Below are positions 20,282-29,866 of a stretch of DNA of 64,000 bases, in pieces. The notes beneath the pieces were generated by a model, which was not told the origin of the DNA, ran no database searches, and saw only the letters and a program-made list of their open reading frames with translations. The first letter of the stretch is position 1, and each line of letters opens with the position of its first letter. The position numbers were made by a program, and so were the translations under genes. The stretch lies in NCBI GenBank assembly GCA_963664435.2, contig CAXXKM010000003.1, forward strand, positions 1,344,001 through 1,408,000. Reading direction: 5' to 3'. This DNA comes from Longimicrobiales bacterium. GTDB taxonomy: Bacteria; Gemmatimonadota; Gemmatimonadetes; Longimicrobiales; Gaopeijiaceae.

Positions 20282-22105
20282 ATGATGCGGACCATGCGGG
20301 ACAACACGAAGTGGATCATGCTGATCACGATGCTCGCCTTTGCCGCGCTGATGGTCTTCGAGTGGGGCATGGACATTACCGGCCGCACCGCCGGGCTGAG
20401 CGAGCTGGGCGAGGTAGACGGCGTGCCCGTCCTGTACGACCAGTACCAGTTCGCCTACCGCAATCTCTACGAGCGGACGCAGCTGGCCCAGGAAGAGGCG
20501 ATCACCTCCGACCAGAACCTCGAAATCGAGGATGCGGCCTTCGATGAGGTCGTGACCCAGATTCTGATCCGGCGCGAACTCGAACGGCGCGGCATCCGTG
20601 TGAGCGACGACGAGATCCGTCAGGCGGCGCGCTTCAGCCCTCCGCCGCAGTTCCAGGGGCTCGAGGGCTTTCAGACCGACGGCGTCTTCGACATGCAGAA
20701 GTACCAGGACTACCTCGCCACCGCTTCGGAGCTCGCCCTGGTGGAACTCGAAGCCTACTACCGCGACATCATCCCCCGCACCAAGCTCATGCGGCAGTTG
20801 AGCACGGGCATCTACCTTCCGGACGCCGCCCTCTGGTCGGCGTACAGGGACGAGAACGAACAGGTCGAAATCCGCTACCTGTCGCTGGATCCGGCCACGC
20901 GCATCGGCGATGACGAGGTCGAGGTCACCGATGCGGAGGTCGCGGCGTACTACAGGGAGAACCGTGACGACTTCGCGGTGCCCCCGAGGGCGACCGTGGT
21001 CGCCGTCGTGCTCGACAAGGATCCGACCGCCGCCGACACGGCGGCCGCGCGCGAGCGCGCCGAGGAGATACGGCAGGAGATCCTCGATGGGGCCGATTTC
21101 GCCGAGCTGGCGGGAGAGGAGTCGGCAGACGAGGGGTCGGCGGCCCTGGGCGGAACCCTCGGAACCTTCGCCCGCGGGGTGATGGTACCGGAATTCGATT
21201 CGGCGGCGTTCAGCACCCCGCTGGAGACGGTCACGGAGCCGGTCGGCACCCAGTTCGGATGGCACCTCATCGAAGTGACGTCGCGTACCGCCGACTCCGT
21301 GAGCGCGCGCCACATCCTGGTTCCCGTGGAGCGGACCGACGCCTCCGAGATCGATCTGCTGACCACCGCCGATTCCCTCGAGGTACTGGGCGAGAACCTC
21401 ACGCTCGGGGAGGCGGCGGGCGAGCTGGGCCTGGAGGCCACGCCGGTCGACATCACCGAGGACTTTCCGTTCGTGCTCGGTGCCGGCCAGGTGCGCGAGG
21501 GGTCCGAGTGGGCGTTCGAGGAAGCGGAGGAAGGAGATGTCAGCCCCGTCTTCGAGAACGCCGAAGCCTTCTACGCGCTGGAGTTGGTCGGCCGAGAGCC
21601 GGAGGAGGTTCTGCCGCTCGAACAGGCGCGCTCATCCATCGAGCAAACCCTGAGGCTGGAAAAGAAGATCGAGCGTGCCCTGGCTCAGGCCGAAGGAGCC
21701 GCCGAGGGTGGGGGCACTCTGGAGCAGATCGCCGCGCGGCTGGAGGCCGACATCGAGGAATCCCCTCCGTTCTCACGCAGCGACTTCGTTCCCGGGCTCG
21801 GGCGGCAGAACACGGTCATCGGGACCGCATTCGGTCTGGAGGCGGGTCAGCTGAGCGGCGTCGTGGAGGCCAACGGACGAGCGTTCGTCATCGAGTTGAC
21901 GGAGCGGATCCCGGCCGACAGCACCGCGTGGGAGGAGCAGAAGGTGATTCAGCGGGCGATGATCGGGGGAACCCTGGGCCAGCAGCGGCTGGACCAGTGG
22001 ATCACCAGCCTGCGTGAGCGCGCCCGCATCGTCGACCGCCGCCGGGAGGTCTTCCGGGCTCAGGAAGAGGCCGCGAACCAGACGCAACTGCCGCTGGCCT
22101 TCTAG
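20282..22105 (+). CDS. PpiD/SurA-like periplasmic chaperone, parvulin PPIase
   Basis: N-terminal TM, SurA-N domain, parvulin DFAELA..S.D.GSA..GG.LG.F.RG.MVPEF, TQFGWHLI. Confidence 0.9.
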   Translation: MMRTMRDNTKWIMLITMLAFAALMVFEWGMDITGRTAGLSELGEVDGVPVLYDQYQFAYRNLYERTQLAQEEAITSDQNLEIEDAAFDEVVTQILIRRELERRGIRVSDDEIRQAARFSPPPQFQGLEGFQTDGVFDMQKYQDYLATASELALVELEAYYRDIIPRTKLMRQLSTGIYLPDAALWSAYRDENEQVEIRYLSLDPATRIGDDEVEVTDAEVAAYYRENRDDFAVPPRATVVAVVLDKDPTAADTAAARERAEEIRQEILDGADFAELAGEESADEGSAALGGTLGTFARGVMVPEFDSAAFSTPLETVTEPVGTQFGWHLIEVTSRTADSVSARHILVPVERTDASEIDLLTTADSLEVLGENLTLGEAAGELGLEATPVDITEDFPFVLGAGQVREGSEWAFEEAEEGDVSPVFENAEAFYALELVGREPEEVLPLEQARSSIEQTLRLEKKIERALAQAEGAAEGGGTLEQIAARLEADIEESPPFSRSDFVPGLGRQNTVIGTAFGLEAGQLSGVVEANGRAFVIELTERIPADSTAWEEQKVIQRAMIGGTLGQQRLDQWITSLRERARIVDRRREVFRAQEEAANQTQLPLAF

Positions 22106-22141
22106 CCGGCGACGGCCTGACCGCCGTAACCGGATCCCTTC

Positions 22142-22420
22142 TCAGGCAGTCGTCCCGGCTTCCGCGCCGGCTTCTGTTCGACTGCCGAGTTTACGCGGCT
22201 CTCCACCCTCTTCCGAACTCTCCGCGGGAGAAGGCGTGACCATCTTGGGCTGCTGGGGCGTCTTCAGCTCACGCTCGATGTCCCGCACCGAACCCTTGAA
22301 TTCGCGAATCCCCTTGCCCAGGGACGAGCCGATTTCAGGGAGGCGCTTGGCGCCGAAGAGAAGCAAGAACACCAGGAAGATCAGGATGATCTCCCACATT
22401 CCAAGTCCGCTGAAACCCAT
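22142..22420 (-). CDS. tatA: Twin-arginine translocase TatA
   Basis: LLLFGAKRLPEIGSSLGKGIREFK. Confidence 0.96.
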   Translation of the reverse strand: MGFSGLGMWEIILIFLVFLLLFGAKRLPEIGSSLGKGIREFKGSVRDIERELKTPQQPKMVTPSPAESSEEGGEPRKLGSRTEAGAEAGTTA

Positions 22421-22516
22421 GACAGCTCCCTCCCGCTGATGACCGGCGAAGCGTGCTGGTCCGTTCTGTGTGCTCGGTCAATCTAACTTATACAGGCGTC
22501 GCGCGCGCCGGGTCCT

Positions 22517-22798
22517 TTAGAGCCAGGCGCGGACGATCGGCGCCACGATGCCGATTCCCGCCAGCGTGAGCACGTTGAAATGAAATGCCAGCGGCCCCAG
22601 CGTAATGTCAAGCGCAACCAGCCCCAGGGAGACCGGTCCCAGGCTCGCCGTTACCGCCGCGGTCAGGAACTCGCGGGTCGCGCTCTCGGGCATGAACTGC
22701 GCGAGACGGGTCAGCAGGGCACCCAGGATGAAGCCACCCACCAGGACCACCACCAACCGGGAATATGATGGCCTTCGAGCTTCAAGCAACTTAGCCAA
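22517..22798 (-). CDS. DUF4321-like small membrane protein
   Basis: Two hydrophobic segments with GPVSLGLVALDITLGP; GGAGG RBS before TTG 22798. Confidence 0.6.
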   Translation of the reverse strand: MAKLLEARRPSYSRLVVVLVGGFILGALLTRLAQFMPESATREFLTAAVTASLGPVSLGLVALDITLGPLAFHFNVLTLAGIGIVAPIVRAWL

Positions 22799-22885
22799 TG
22801 CACGGCCTCCAACCGCGGCGTTCCCGCCCACGGAGCTTGTTGAACGACTTCGCCTCTGCTGCTGCGCGCCTGGACCCGCGAGGTT

Positions 22886-23884
22886 TCATCGACGCCGATC
22901 GACCACGTAGGCAATCGACGTGAGAAGCGCATCCTTCGCGGGCCCCTCCTCCAGATCTTCGAGCTCCGCGGCCGCCCAGCCGGCGTAGCGCTCTGCCCGC
23001 TCGCGCGCGTACTCGAGCCCGCCGAGTTCCTCCACCAGCCCGATGAGCCCGGCGATCTCCTCGTCGGAAGGATCGCGCCTGGAAAAGAACCTGCGAATCC
23101 CTTGCCGTTCCCGGTCCCCGGCCACCTTCATCGCTCCGATCAGGGGTAGCGTAACCTTCCGCTGACGCAGGTCGTGCCCCGTCGGTTTGCCGGTCACCGC
23201 CTCGGTCCCGGTGTAGTCCAGCAGGTCGTCGGCGATCTGAAACGCCATTCCGAGGTTGTGCCCGAAGCGCCGGAGCGCCGAGCACCGGGGACCCGGGCGG
23301 GTGGCGAGGGCGCCGATCTCGCAGGATGCGGCCATGAGGGATGCCGTCTTGGCCGCGATCAGGGCGTAGTAGTCCTCTTCGGAGAAGTCCAGGGCGTCGT
23401 AGGAGGTCAGCTGACGCATCTCTCCCAGACTCATCTCGTTGGCGGCGACTGCCAGGCACCGAAGCACGTCCAGATTGCCGACGCGGGTCAGCTCGGTGAC
23501 GGAGCGGCTGTACAGGTAGTCCCCCATGATGATCGCAACCTGATGCGACCACAGCGCGTTGACCGTCGGCAGGCCGCGGCGCAGCACGGAATGGTCCACG
23601 GCATCGTCGTGCACCAGGGTCGCGAGGTGCACCAGTTCGACCGCCGCCGCCAGAGTAACGGCGGGATCCCCGTCTCCCCCGCAGATCCGGTCCGCCAGGA
23701 GCACCAGGGTGGGGCGAAACATCTTGCCCCGCATGAGCAGGAGGTACTGGTTGACCTCGTCGGTCATCCCCAGATTCGCACGAACGATGCGCCGGAGCTC
23801 TTCGCGCACGCGCTCCAGATCCTCTCGCACCGGCTCCTGGATGTGGGCAAGCGTGGATCGAGTCGTGGTGACGGGCTGGGTCAA
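22886..23884 (-). CDS. Polyprenyl diphosphate synthase (IspB-like)
   Basis: GKMFRP, LVHDDAVD..LRRG (FARM), FQIADDLLD (SARM). Confidence 0.95.
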   Translation of the reverse strand: MTQPVTTTRSTLAHIQEPVREDLERVREELRRIVRANLGMTDEVNQYLLLMRGKMFRPTLVLLADRICGGDGDPAVTLAAAVELVHLATLVHDDAVDHSVLRRGLPTVNALWSHQVAIIMGDYLYSRSVTELTRVGNLDVLRCLAVAANEMSLGEMRQLTSYDALDFSEEDYYALIAAKTASLMAASCEIGALATRPGPRCSALRRFGHNLGMAFQIADDLLDYTGTEAVTGKPTGHDLRQRKVTLPLIGAMKVAGDRERQGIRRFFSRRDPSDEEIAGLIGLVEELGGLEYARERAERYAGWAAAELEDLEEGPAKDALLTSIAYVVDRRR

Positions 23885-23913
23885 CTACCTCTTCCGGAAA
23901 GGGTGAGCCTGGG

Positions 23914-24585
23914 TCAGGAGGGGTCGCCGGGAGCAGGATCCACCGCCTCGTCGGCCGTCCTCCTCAGGGCCCGGCCGAGATCGCGCTCGCGCGCCTCGAC
24001 ATCCTGAAAGCCAATGTCGATTGCGAGGGTCTTCCTGTAGAAGTCGTACGCCGCCCCGGCATTGCCGGACGCCTCCTGAGCCCGCCCCATATAGTAGTAG
24101 ATTCCAAGGAAGTCGTCTTCGCTCCCGGGGGGCAGTTCGAGGGCCTTCGCCAGCGCACCGGCCGCGAGAGCGGGCTGACCGGCGTCGAGGAAGCAGCGAC
24201 CCAGCATCTCATAGGCCGCCGGGCTCGCGGGGTCCTCCCGGACAGCGCGTTGAAACGCGCCGATGGCTTCATGGCCGAGCCCCATGATCCGGTACGCGGT
24301 GCCCATGTCCTGATGGGTGCGCGCGTCCCCGGAAGGAAGGTTGCGGATCAAGCGGGCCCTGAAACGCGACAATGCGGCCTTGAAGTCCTCGGCGGGTTCG
24401 GCATCCTCGTCCGTCTCGGTCAGGCGGGTCGCCGCCGAGCCCGACCCCCCGTCCAGGATCAGCGCCCTGAGGTCTACAAACGCGGAAGACGATTCGGATT
24501 CGCGGGTCGCCTCCCGAAGATCGGCGGGCGGTTCCGGGCCCGGGGGATGATCCTCGGACGGCTCGAGGCGCGCGTCGGCCGTCAT
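23914..24585 (-). CDS. TPR protein
   Basis: THQDMGTAYRIMGL, AYEMLGRCF, IYYYMGRAQE TPR helices; ATGA overlap with the upstream gene. Confidence 0.8.
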   Translation of the reverse strand: MTADARLEPSEDHPPGPEPPADLREATRESESSSAFVDLRALILDGGSGSAATRLTETDEDAEPAEDFKAALSRFRARLIRNLPSGDARTHQDMGTAYRIMGLGHEAIGAFQRAVREDPASPAAYEMLGRCFLDAGQPALAAGALAKALELPPGSEDDFLGIYYYMGRAQEASGNAGAAYDFYRKTLAIDIGFQDVEARERDLGRALRRTADEAVDPAPGDPS

Positions 24586-25484
24586 GAACGGACCCCCGCC
24601 AGCAGAGACCCGCGCAACCGGGACGGGTCGGGATCCAGCAGCTTCAGGCGCGAGGCGGCCGCGGAAAGGACCACGGCCTCGGGGATGGTGCCGATGACCT
24701 CGGTTTGTGCGACGCGGCCACCCAGTCGGTCCACCTCCGTTTCAATGGCTTCGAAGACGCGCATGGGCGGTGTGCGTTCCATGTCTTCCAGGTTCATGGA
24801 GATCTGAAATACCTCGCTGGAGGGCAGATATAGCCCCAGAGCCCTCAACCCGACAAATCCGCCGCCGCTCTCGCGCAGTCGGCACGCGATTCCCTTCACT
24901 TGCTCCAACGATAACCCCGATACGCAGACATTCCACGCGAGGAGGGGCGGCCGGGCTCCGACACAGGTCGCGCCTGCGGTGGGATGGACGCCCGGATGGC
25001 CCCAGGGCCGAGGCAGGATATCGGGCTCGCGGCCGATTGGGAATCCCTCCACCAGCGCCTCGAATCCCCCGGCGCGCAGAGAGGCCAGGGAGCGGCCGGC
25101 CCCGGCAGCCCCGTACAGGTACACCGGTATCCCCATCGCGGCGAGCGCTTTCGCCACCCTGCGCGCGCTCGCGGCCGCGTCCTGCATGGCGAGGCCGCGG
25201 GCGGGGATGAACGGGAGCACGTCGAGGGCGCCCACGCGCGGGTGTACGCCCGTGTGCCGCCGCAGATCGATGGCCTCCACCGCCAGACGCGCGACCGCCA
25301 GAGCCGCTCGCTCCACGACCGGAGGAGCGCCCGCGAAGGAGATGACCGAACGGTGGTGGTCCGGATCGGCGGTACGGGCCAACACCTCTGCGCCCTCGGA
25401 GGCGATGACCCGGGCGAACTCGCGAACCAGGGCAGGATCGCGGCCTTCGCTGAAGTTGGGGACCGCTTCAAGGACCGGCGTCAT
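24582..25484 (-). CDS. ftcD: Glutamate formiminotransferase (standalone, no cyclodeaminase domain)
   Basis: EAVPNFSEGRD, DPDHHRSV, HTGVHPRVGALDVLPF, HPTAGATCVGAR, QISMNL. Confidence 0.93.
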   Translation of the reverse strand: MTPVLEAVPNFSEGRDPALVREFARVIASEGAEVLARTADPDHHRSVISFAGAPPVVERAALAVARLAVEAIDLRRHTGVHPRVGALDVLPFIPARGLAMQDAAASARRVAKALAAMGIPVYLYGAAGAGRSLASLRAGGFEALVEGFPIGREPDILPRPWGHPGVHPTAGATCVGARPPLLAWNVCVSGLSLEQVKGIACRLRESGGGFVGLRALGLYLPSSEVFQISMNLEDMERTPPMRVFEAIETEVDRLGGRVAQTEVIGTIPEAVVLSAAASRLKLLDPDPSRLRGSLLAGVRS

Positions 25485-25490
25485 GTCGCG

Positions 25491-25519
25491 ATTATACCCC
25501 GGCGGCGCCGCCCTCTCAA
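25491..25519 (-). promoter_or_regulatory. Sigma-70 promoter, probably producing a leaderless mRNA
   Basis: Minus strand TTGAGA-N17-TATAAT-N6-ATG. Confidence 0.78.
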
Positions 25520-25580
25520 CCCGGATCGGTCAGCGGGAGAGCGCGCCGTCCCCGCCTGTCGGGGGAAGCCTCTTCCGGTG

Positions 25581-26747
25581 TCAGTTCCCGGTGCGGACCA
25601 GCACTGCCGGCACGCGGCGCTCCAGGCCGACATTGCCGGGCTGGAGTTGGTGCGCCCAGTCGAAGACCATCACCGCGCCATCGTCGAGGTAGCCCTGGCT
25701 GGAAATCCGCACCGCGGCGTAGTGGTGCCCTTCCGCTCCCGAATAACGGAGCACGTACGTGGTCGCGGAAAGAGCCTCGACCGCCTGGGTCGTGTAGTCC
25801 CCCGCGGGCGCGGTGGTCACGTCGATGCATCCGGCGTCGCTTCCGGGTCCGCACTTGAGCTGGCTGGTGGAAAAGACCCGGTTGTGGATCTCGGCGCCCG
25901 GTCCGGGAACCAGCCACCACCCGGACCGATCCTGTTCGAAACGGAAGTGTCGACCGGGCGCGTCTCCGTGAACGATGGGGCCGTCCTGCTCGTTCAGCGG
26001 AAAGCGAAAGCCTGAAGACGACGGCGCGTCGAGGTAGGAGTAGATCAGCTCCCCGTGATAATCGGGGCGCGGGGTCGCGCTCGCCATCGCGCTGCCTGCG
26101 CTCTCGTGCCCCTGGTCGTCGAGGGCGGAAACGAAGTAGCTGTAGGTCTCGCCGTTGTTCGCCCGCAGGTCGAGAAACCCCTCGGAGTCCGTCTCGCCCA
26201 GGAGGAAGGTGTCCCCGTCGTCGAGGTATACCTTGTAGTGGGAGAAGTCCGCGGCGGCGCGCGCGTCGTCGCTCCAGGTGAGGAAGACGGATCCATCCAG
26301 CGCCGTCGCCAGGACGGTGACCGGCACCGCGGGCGGATCGGGCATCGGAACGGCGACCTCGACCAGGTGGCTGGAAGGTGTTTCCAGTCCCGAGGCCCCG
26401 ACCGCCGCCACGTAGTACTCGTAGGTCACCCCCGCGGCCACGTTGGCGTCGCGGTACTCGCAGGCGCCTTCCGCGCAGCTGCTCACCTCCGCGATGAGAA
26501 AGTAGTCCGGGTCGGTGATGCGCCGGGCGTAGACGCGGAAGGATTCACCGCTCCAGCCGGGCGCCAGGGTCCATGTCACGGTGACCACCCCGGCGAAGTA
26601 GTGGGCATCCAGCGCGCGCGGCGCAGCGGGGGGATCGTCCAGACTGAGCAGCACTCCGTCCTCGTCACACGCCGTCAGGGCGCCCAGCAGGAGGAGGGCC
26701 TGCACGCTGCGAACATACCGTCCAACCGCATACCCCTGACCGAACAT
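25581..26747 (-). CDS. Lipoprotein with two fibronectin type III-like domains
   Basis: Lipobox LTAC; PAAP..L, VTVTW, TYEYYVAAV, TYSYFVSALD..G.ES; GAGGAGG RBS before ATG 26747. Confidence 0.75.
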   Translation of the reverse strand: MFGQGYAVGRYVRSVQALLLLGALTACDEDGVLLSLDDPPAAPRALDAHYFAGVVTVTWTLAPGWSGESFRVYARRITDPDYFLIAEVSSCAEGACEYRDANVAAGVTYEYYVAAVGASGLETPSSHLVEVAVPMPDPPAVPVTVLATALDGSVFLTWSDDARAAADFSHYKVYLDDGDTFLLGETDSEGFLDLRANNGETYSYFVSALDDQGHESAGSAMASATPRPDYHGELIYSYLDAPSSSGFRFPLNEQDGPIVHGDAPGRHFRFEQDRSGWWLVPGPGAEIHNRVFSTSQLKCGPGSDAGCIDVTTAPAGDYTTQAVEALSATTYVLRYSGAEGHHYAAVRISSQGYLDDGAVMVFDWAHQLQPGNVGLERRVPAVLVRTGN

Positions 26748-26812
26748 CGGCACCTCCTCGTGGCATCCCCTGGAGCATTGCGGGCGTCTTCACCCATCAA
26801 CTCCGATCACCT

Positions 26813-26828
26813 TGCACGAGGTGTGCCA
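26813..26828 (-). promoter_or_regulatory. Candidate sigma-54 (-24/-12) promoter
   Basis: Minus strand TGGCAC-ACCTC-GTGCA with GG and GC 10 bp apart, 65 bp upstream of the FN3 lipoprotein ATG. Confidence 0.6.
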
Positions 26829-26859
26829 CAACGCCTGCATGGCTGCGCAGGCGCGGGTG

Positions 26860-29800
26860 TCAGCGAAACTGTCCCGCCAGCGGGTCGGAACGGTCGTACT
26901 GCTGGTAGTCGAACTTCAGGTCGCGATTGTCGCTCAGCGCCACCTCGAAGCGGAACGCCCAGTTGCCGGTGACCGTGCGTCTGAAGTCGAAGTTGGCTTC
27001 CCAGCGATGCAACTGCCGGGTGAAGGTGATCATGTGGTCGTTGAACGACCCGAGTTCCATGTCGTAGGAGGTGCGCCAACTCGCCCGCCACAGCTCGGTG
27101 GGCTCGAAGCGGACGTTCAGTTGAAGCATCTGCCGGGCCATCTCGGCCTGCCGCGGGCGCTGTAGCGAATAGGAGACACTCGCGTCCCATCCGCTGCCGC
27201 CGCTGGACCGCCCCTGAGCGCTCGGCCTGCCGAAGTCGCGGGAGGTATCCCCGAACCCCGGCACGACCTGGCTTTCATCGAGGCCGCTGCTCGCCGTGAA
27301 GGGGTCTTCCTCCTCGAGGAGCTCTTCCTCTTCCGGTTCGGGCTCCGAAACTGTCTCTCCGTCGCCGCCCCCGAGGCCGATCAGCCCCCCGATCCAGCGC
27401 AGTGGCGGAGAAGCCGCGTTCAGGGAGAACGAGAGATCGAGCCCGGAGAGATGGGGCGCGAACTGCCGCCCCTCCCCTCCCTGAGCGCTCTCGTCGAACA
27501 GCAAGTGCTCCATGGAGATCTGCAGGCCGCGCAGGAAATCCGAGCTGATGCTGTTGGAGAGGGTGGTGGTCGTGAAGCCTTCCGTGAACTGGCCGAGAGA
27601 GTCCGCGCGCACGAAGTCGTAGTTGACCGCGCTGGTCTGCAGCGCCAGCAGCTGAACGATCTCCGCCCGCTCCCTGCGCCGCGGTTCCGCGCCGAGGTCC
27701 GGAGGAGCATCGTCTTCGCCCACCTCCGCTTCTTCCCCGGTCTCCCGTTTCGCCTCGAAGGTCTGGTTGAGCCGGATCCGCATCTCGTTCTTGGCGCGGA
27801 ACTCCCCGCGGCCGAAGACGGCGTCCTGGAGGTCCGTCTGCGTCACTGCCGGCGCGTAGGAGTAATCGAAGCCGGGTGAGAGTTTGTGGCGGATGGCGGA
27901 GAAGCCCCCCACACCCGGCCAGAGGCCGTAGAGGTCGGTCTTCAGCCCGGCACCGAAGGAAAGGCGGGTGGGCGCGGACACCAGCGACCCCGCCTCCGGA
28001 ATCTTGTTCGTCTGCAGCGCCCGGCCCGACATGGACAGGTTGGGCGTAAGGGTGGTGGTCCCGACGAGGCGTTGCTGGTAGCTGAGCGTCTGGGACCAGG
28101 TGAGGTCGGTGCTGCTCAGGTCGACGCGCTCAGGGAAGGCGCTGTCGGCCGCCGGCGCGACCACACGGCCGAACCAGGCCTCCAGGCGGTCGGCAGCCGC
28201 CAGGCCGGCGTCGGGCGCGAGGACCTCAAGCCCGTTCCGTGTCACGGCCTCGTCGAAGCTCAGGCTGTGCGACAGGGAGAGCGCGCCCAGGCTGAGACTC
28301 GACGACAGTCCCCCGCGCACGTTCTGCTTGTCCGCCAGGCTCTCCTTGAAGTCGCCCGGCGGCTGATCCAGCCGGTCCTCGATGCTGCGCGTGTAGTTCC
28401 CGCTTCCCGTCCAGATGACGTTGTTGTACCAGCTCGCCCGCGACGACGGGGCGGAGAAGAAGGTGATGGGCGACAGCGAGAGGTTGGCCGAGGGCAGCGT
28501 GAGCGAAATCCGGTCGTCGGACAGGAACTGGCGGCGGTTGGAACTCAGGGAGACGTTGCCCCAGTCGAAGCGGCGGTTGATCCCTCCCTGCGAGTCGATC
28601 GACTGCGTGACCTCGCGCGGGTCGAAGGAGTTCTGGCGCACGAAGTCCGTGGAGGAGGCGTAGCTGGACCGGAGTTCGAAGCGGGTGCGCTCGTCGAGTT
28701 CCCAGTTGTGGGAGGTGCTGAAGGCGAGCGTGGTGCTCCCGCCCTCCCGCCAGAAGTTGCGGAAGTTGATGTTGCCGCGCAGAAACTGCCGTAGCCAGCT
28801 GTAGTTCAGGGTCCCCGTCACGCCCACGTAGTTGTCGGCCCACCAGTCCATCGCCACCGATGCGTCGGCGTACTCATTGATGGCCCAGTAGAAGCCGAGG
28901 TTGGAGATGCGCCGGCTGTAGCCCGCCGAGCTGCGCACGATGTCGTTCACGCTGAAGCGCGGTGTCAGGATGCCGCTGGCGCGTCCGCGCTCGATGCTCT
29001 GGAACATGAAGGGGAACCAGAAGACGGGAACATCGTCGAAGTAGAGCTTCACCGACCTCGCCACCAGCACGTTGCCGGCCACGATCTTGATCTGGTTGGT
29101 GTCGAAGCGGTAGTGGGGATGCTCGAGATCGCAGGTGGTGAAGCCGACGTGCGCCCCGTGGACGACCTCGGACGTCACCGAGGGCAGGTCGCCGCTCACG
29201 ATCCAGGGACTGCCCGATTCCGCGAACTGGGTGCGCGCGCTGTAGGCGGTGCCGCGCCGGCTGTCGAGGCTGTAGATCATGGAGGTGCTGTTGAGGGGCT
29301 CGCCCTCGCGCCCGGTAAACACCGAAGCGCCCTCGGTCCAGAGCAGGCTCGTGGAGTCGTCCATCGTGATGGAGGAGTCGGCCTCCAGCTGCATGCGCTC
29401 CGCACCTTCCCGGAAGAATCGCGCACGCGCGTCCGATGAGCCGTAAAGGACCACCTCGCCGCTCGACCCGAACTCCAGCCCGGTTCCCTCGTACTGGCTG
29501 GCCTGGTATCCCGGAAGCGAGAGCAGGGCATTGAGCACGGAGTCCGGACCCGGGGCGACCGGCCGGGGAGCCCGTTCCGTCGAGTCGGGCAGTTCCCGAA
29601 GCGAGTCGGGGAGCGGCGGGGCGGCCAGGCGCTCGAGCAGCTGGAGAACCTGTACCCGCGCGGAGTCCACGACCACGGTCGTGTCGGGCGACTGTGGCGG
29701 GGCGATCGAGTCCGGGGCCTGCTGCCCGTGCGCCTGGAGGGGGAGGCCCGCCACCAGCAGCGGCAGAAGCACAGCGACCACCGGGTGCGGGAGCCGGCGG

Positions 29801-29862
29801 CGCGGATCCGGCAGCCGATGGCGCCGGAAGGGCATGGCCGCGCAGGAGTGACCGCGGGTCAT
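26860..29862 (-). CDS. lptD: LPS assembly outer-membrane protein LptD
   Basis: Signal peptide, FTTCDLEHPHY, DVPVFWFPF, RASGILTP, C-terminal RQLHRWEANF barrel strands; start uncertain. Confidence 0.85.
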   Translation of the reverse strand: MTRGHSCAAMPFRRHRLPDPRRRLPHPVVAVLLPLLVAGLPLQAHGQQAPDSIAPPQSPDTTVVVDSARVQVLQLLERLAAPPLPDSLRELPDSTERAPRPVAPGPDSVLNALLSLPGYQASQYEGTGLEFGSSGEVVLYGSSDARARFFREGAERMQLEADSSITMDDSTSLLWTEGASVFTGREGEPLNSTSMIYSLDSRRGTAYSARTQFAESGSPWIVSGDLPSVTSEVVHGAHVGFTTCDLEHPHYRFDTNQIKIVAGNVLVARSVKLYFDDVPVFWFPFMFQSIERGRASGILTPRFSVNDIVRSSAGYSRRISNLGFYWAINEYADASVAMDWWADNYVGVTGTLNYSWLRQFLRGNINFRNFWREGGSTTLAFSTSHNWELDERTRFELRSSYASSTDFVRQNSFDPREVTQSIDSQGGINRRFDWGNVSLSSNRRQFLSDDRISLTLPSANLSLSPITFFSAPSSRASWYNNVIWTGSGNYTRSIEDRLDQPPGDFKESLADKQNVRGGLSSSLSLGALSLSHSLSFDEAVTRNGLEVLAPDAGLAAADRLEAWFGRVVAPAADSAFPERVDLSSTDLTWSQTLSYQQRLVGTTTLTPNLSMSGRALQTNKIPEAGSLVSAPTRLSFGAGLKTDLYGLWPGVGGFSAIRHKLSPGFDYSYAPAVTQTDLQDAVFGRGEFRAKNEMRIRLNQTFEAKRETGEEAEVGEDDAPPDLGAEPRRRERAEIVQLLALQTSAVNYDFVRADSLGQFTEGFTTTTLSNSISSDFLRGLQISMEHLLFDESAQGGEGRQFAPHLSGLDLSFSLNAASPPLRWIGGLIGLGGGDGETVSEPEPEEEELLEEEDPFTASSGLDESQVVPGFGDTSRDFGRPSAQGRSSGGSGWDASVSYSLQRPRQAEMARQMLQLNVRFEPTELWRASWRTSYDMELGSFNDHMITFTRQLHRWEANFDFRRTVTGNWAFRFEVALSDNRDLKFDYQQYDRSDPLAGQFR

Positions 29863-29866
29863 GACC

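Noticed and set aside
22106..22141. Hairpin between the convergent PpiD-like and tatA genes
   Set aside because: Interrupted stem with no U-tract on either strand.
22799..22885. Possible SRP RNA (CCAGG...AGCAG on the minus strand)
   Set aside because: Lacks the GNRA-capped helix between the motifs and a long enclosing stem.
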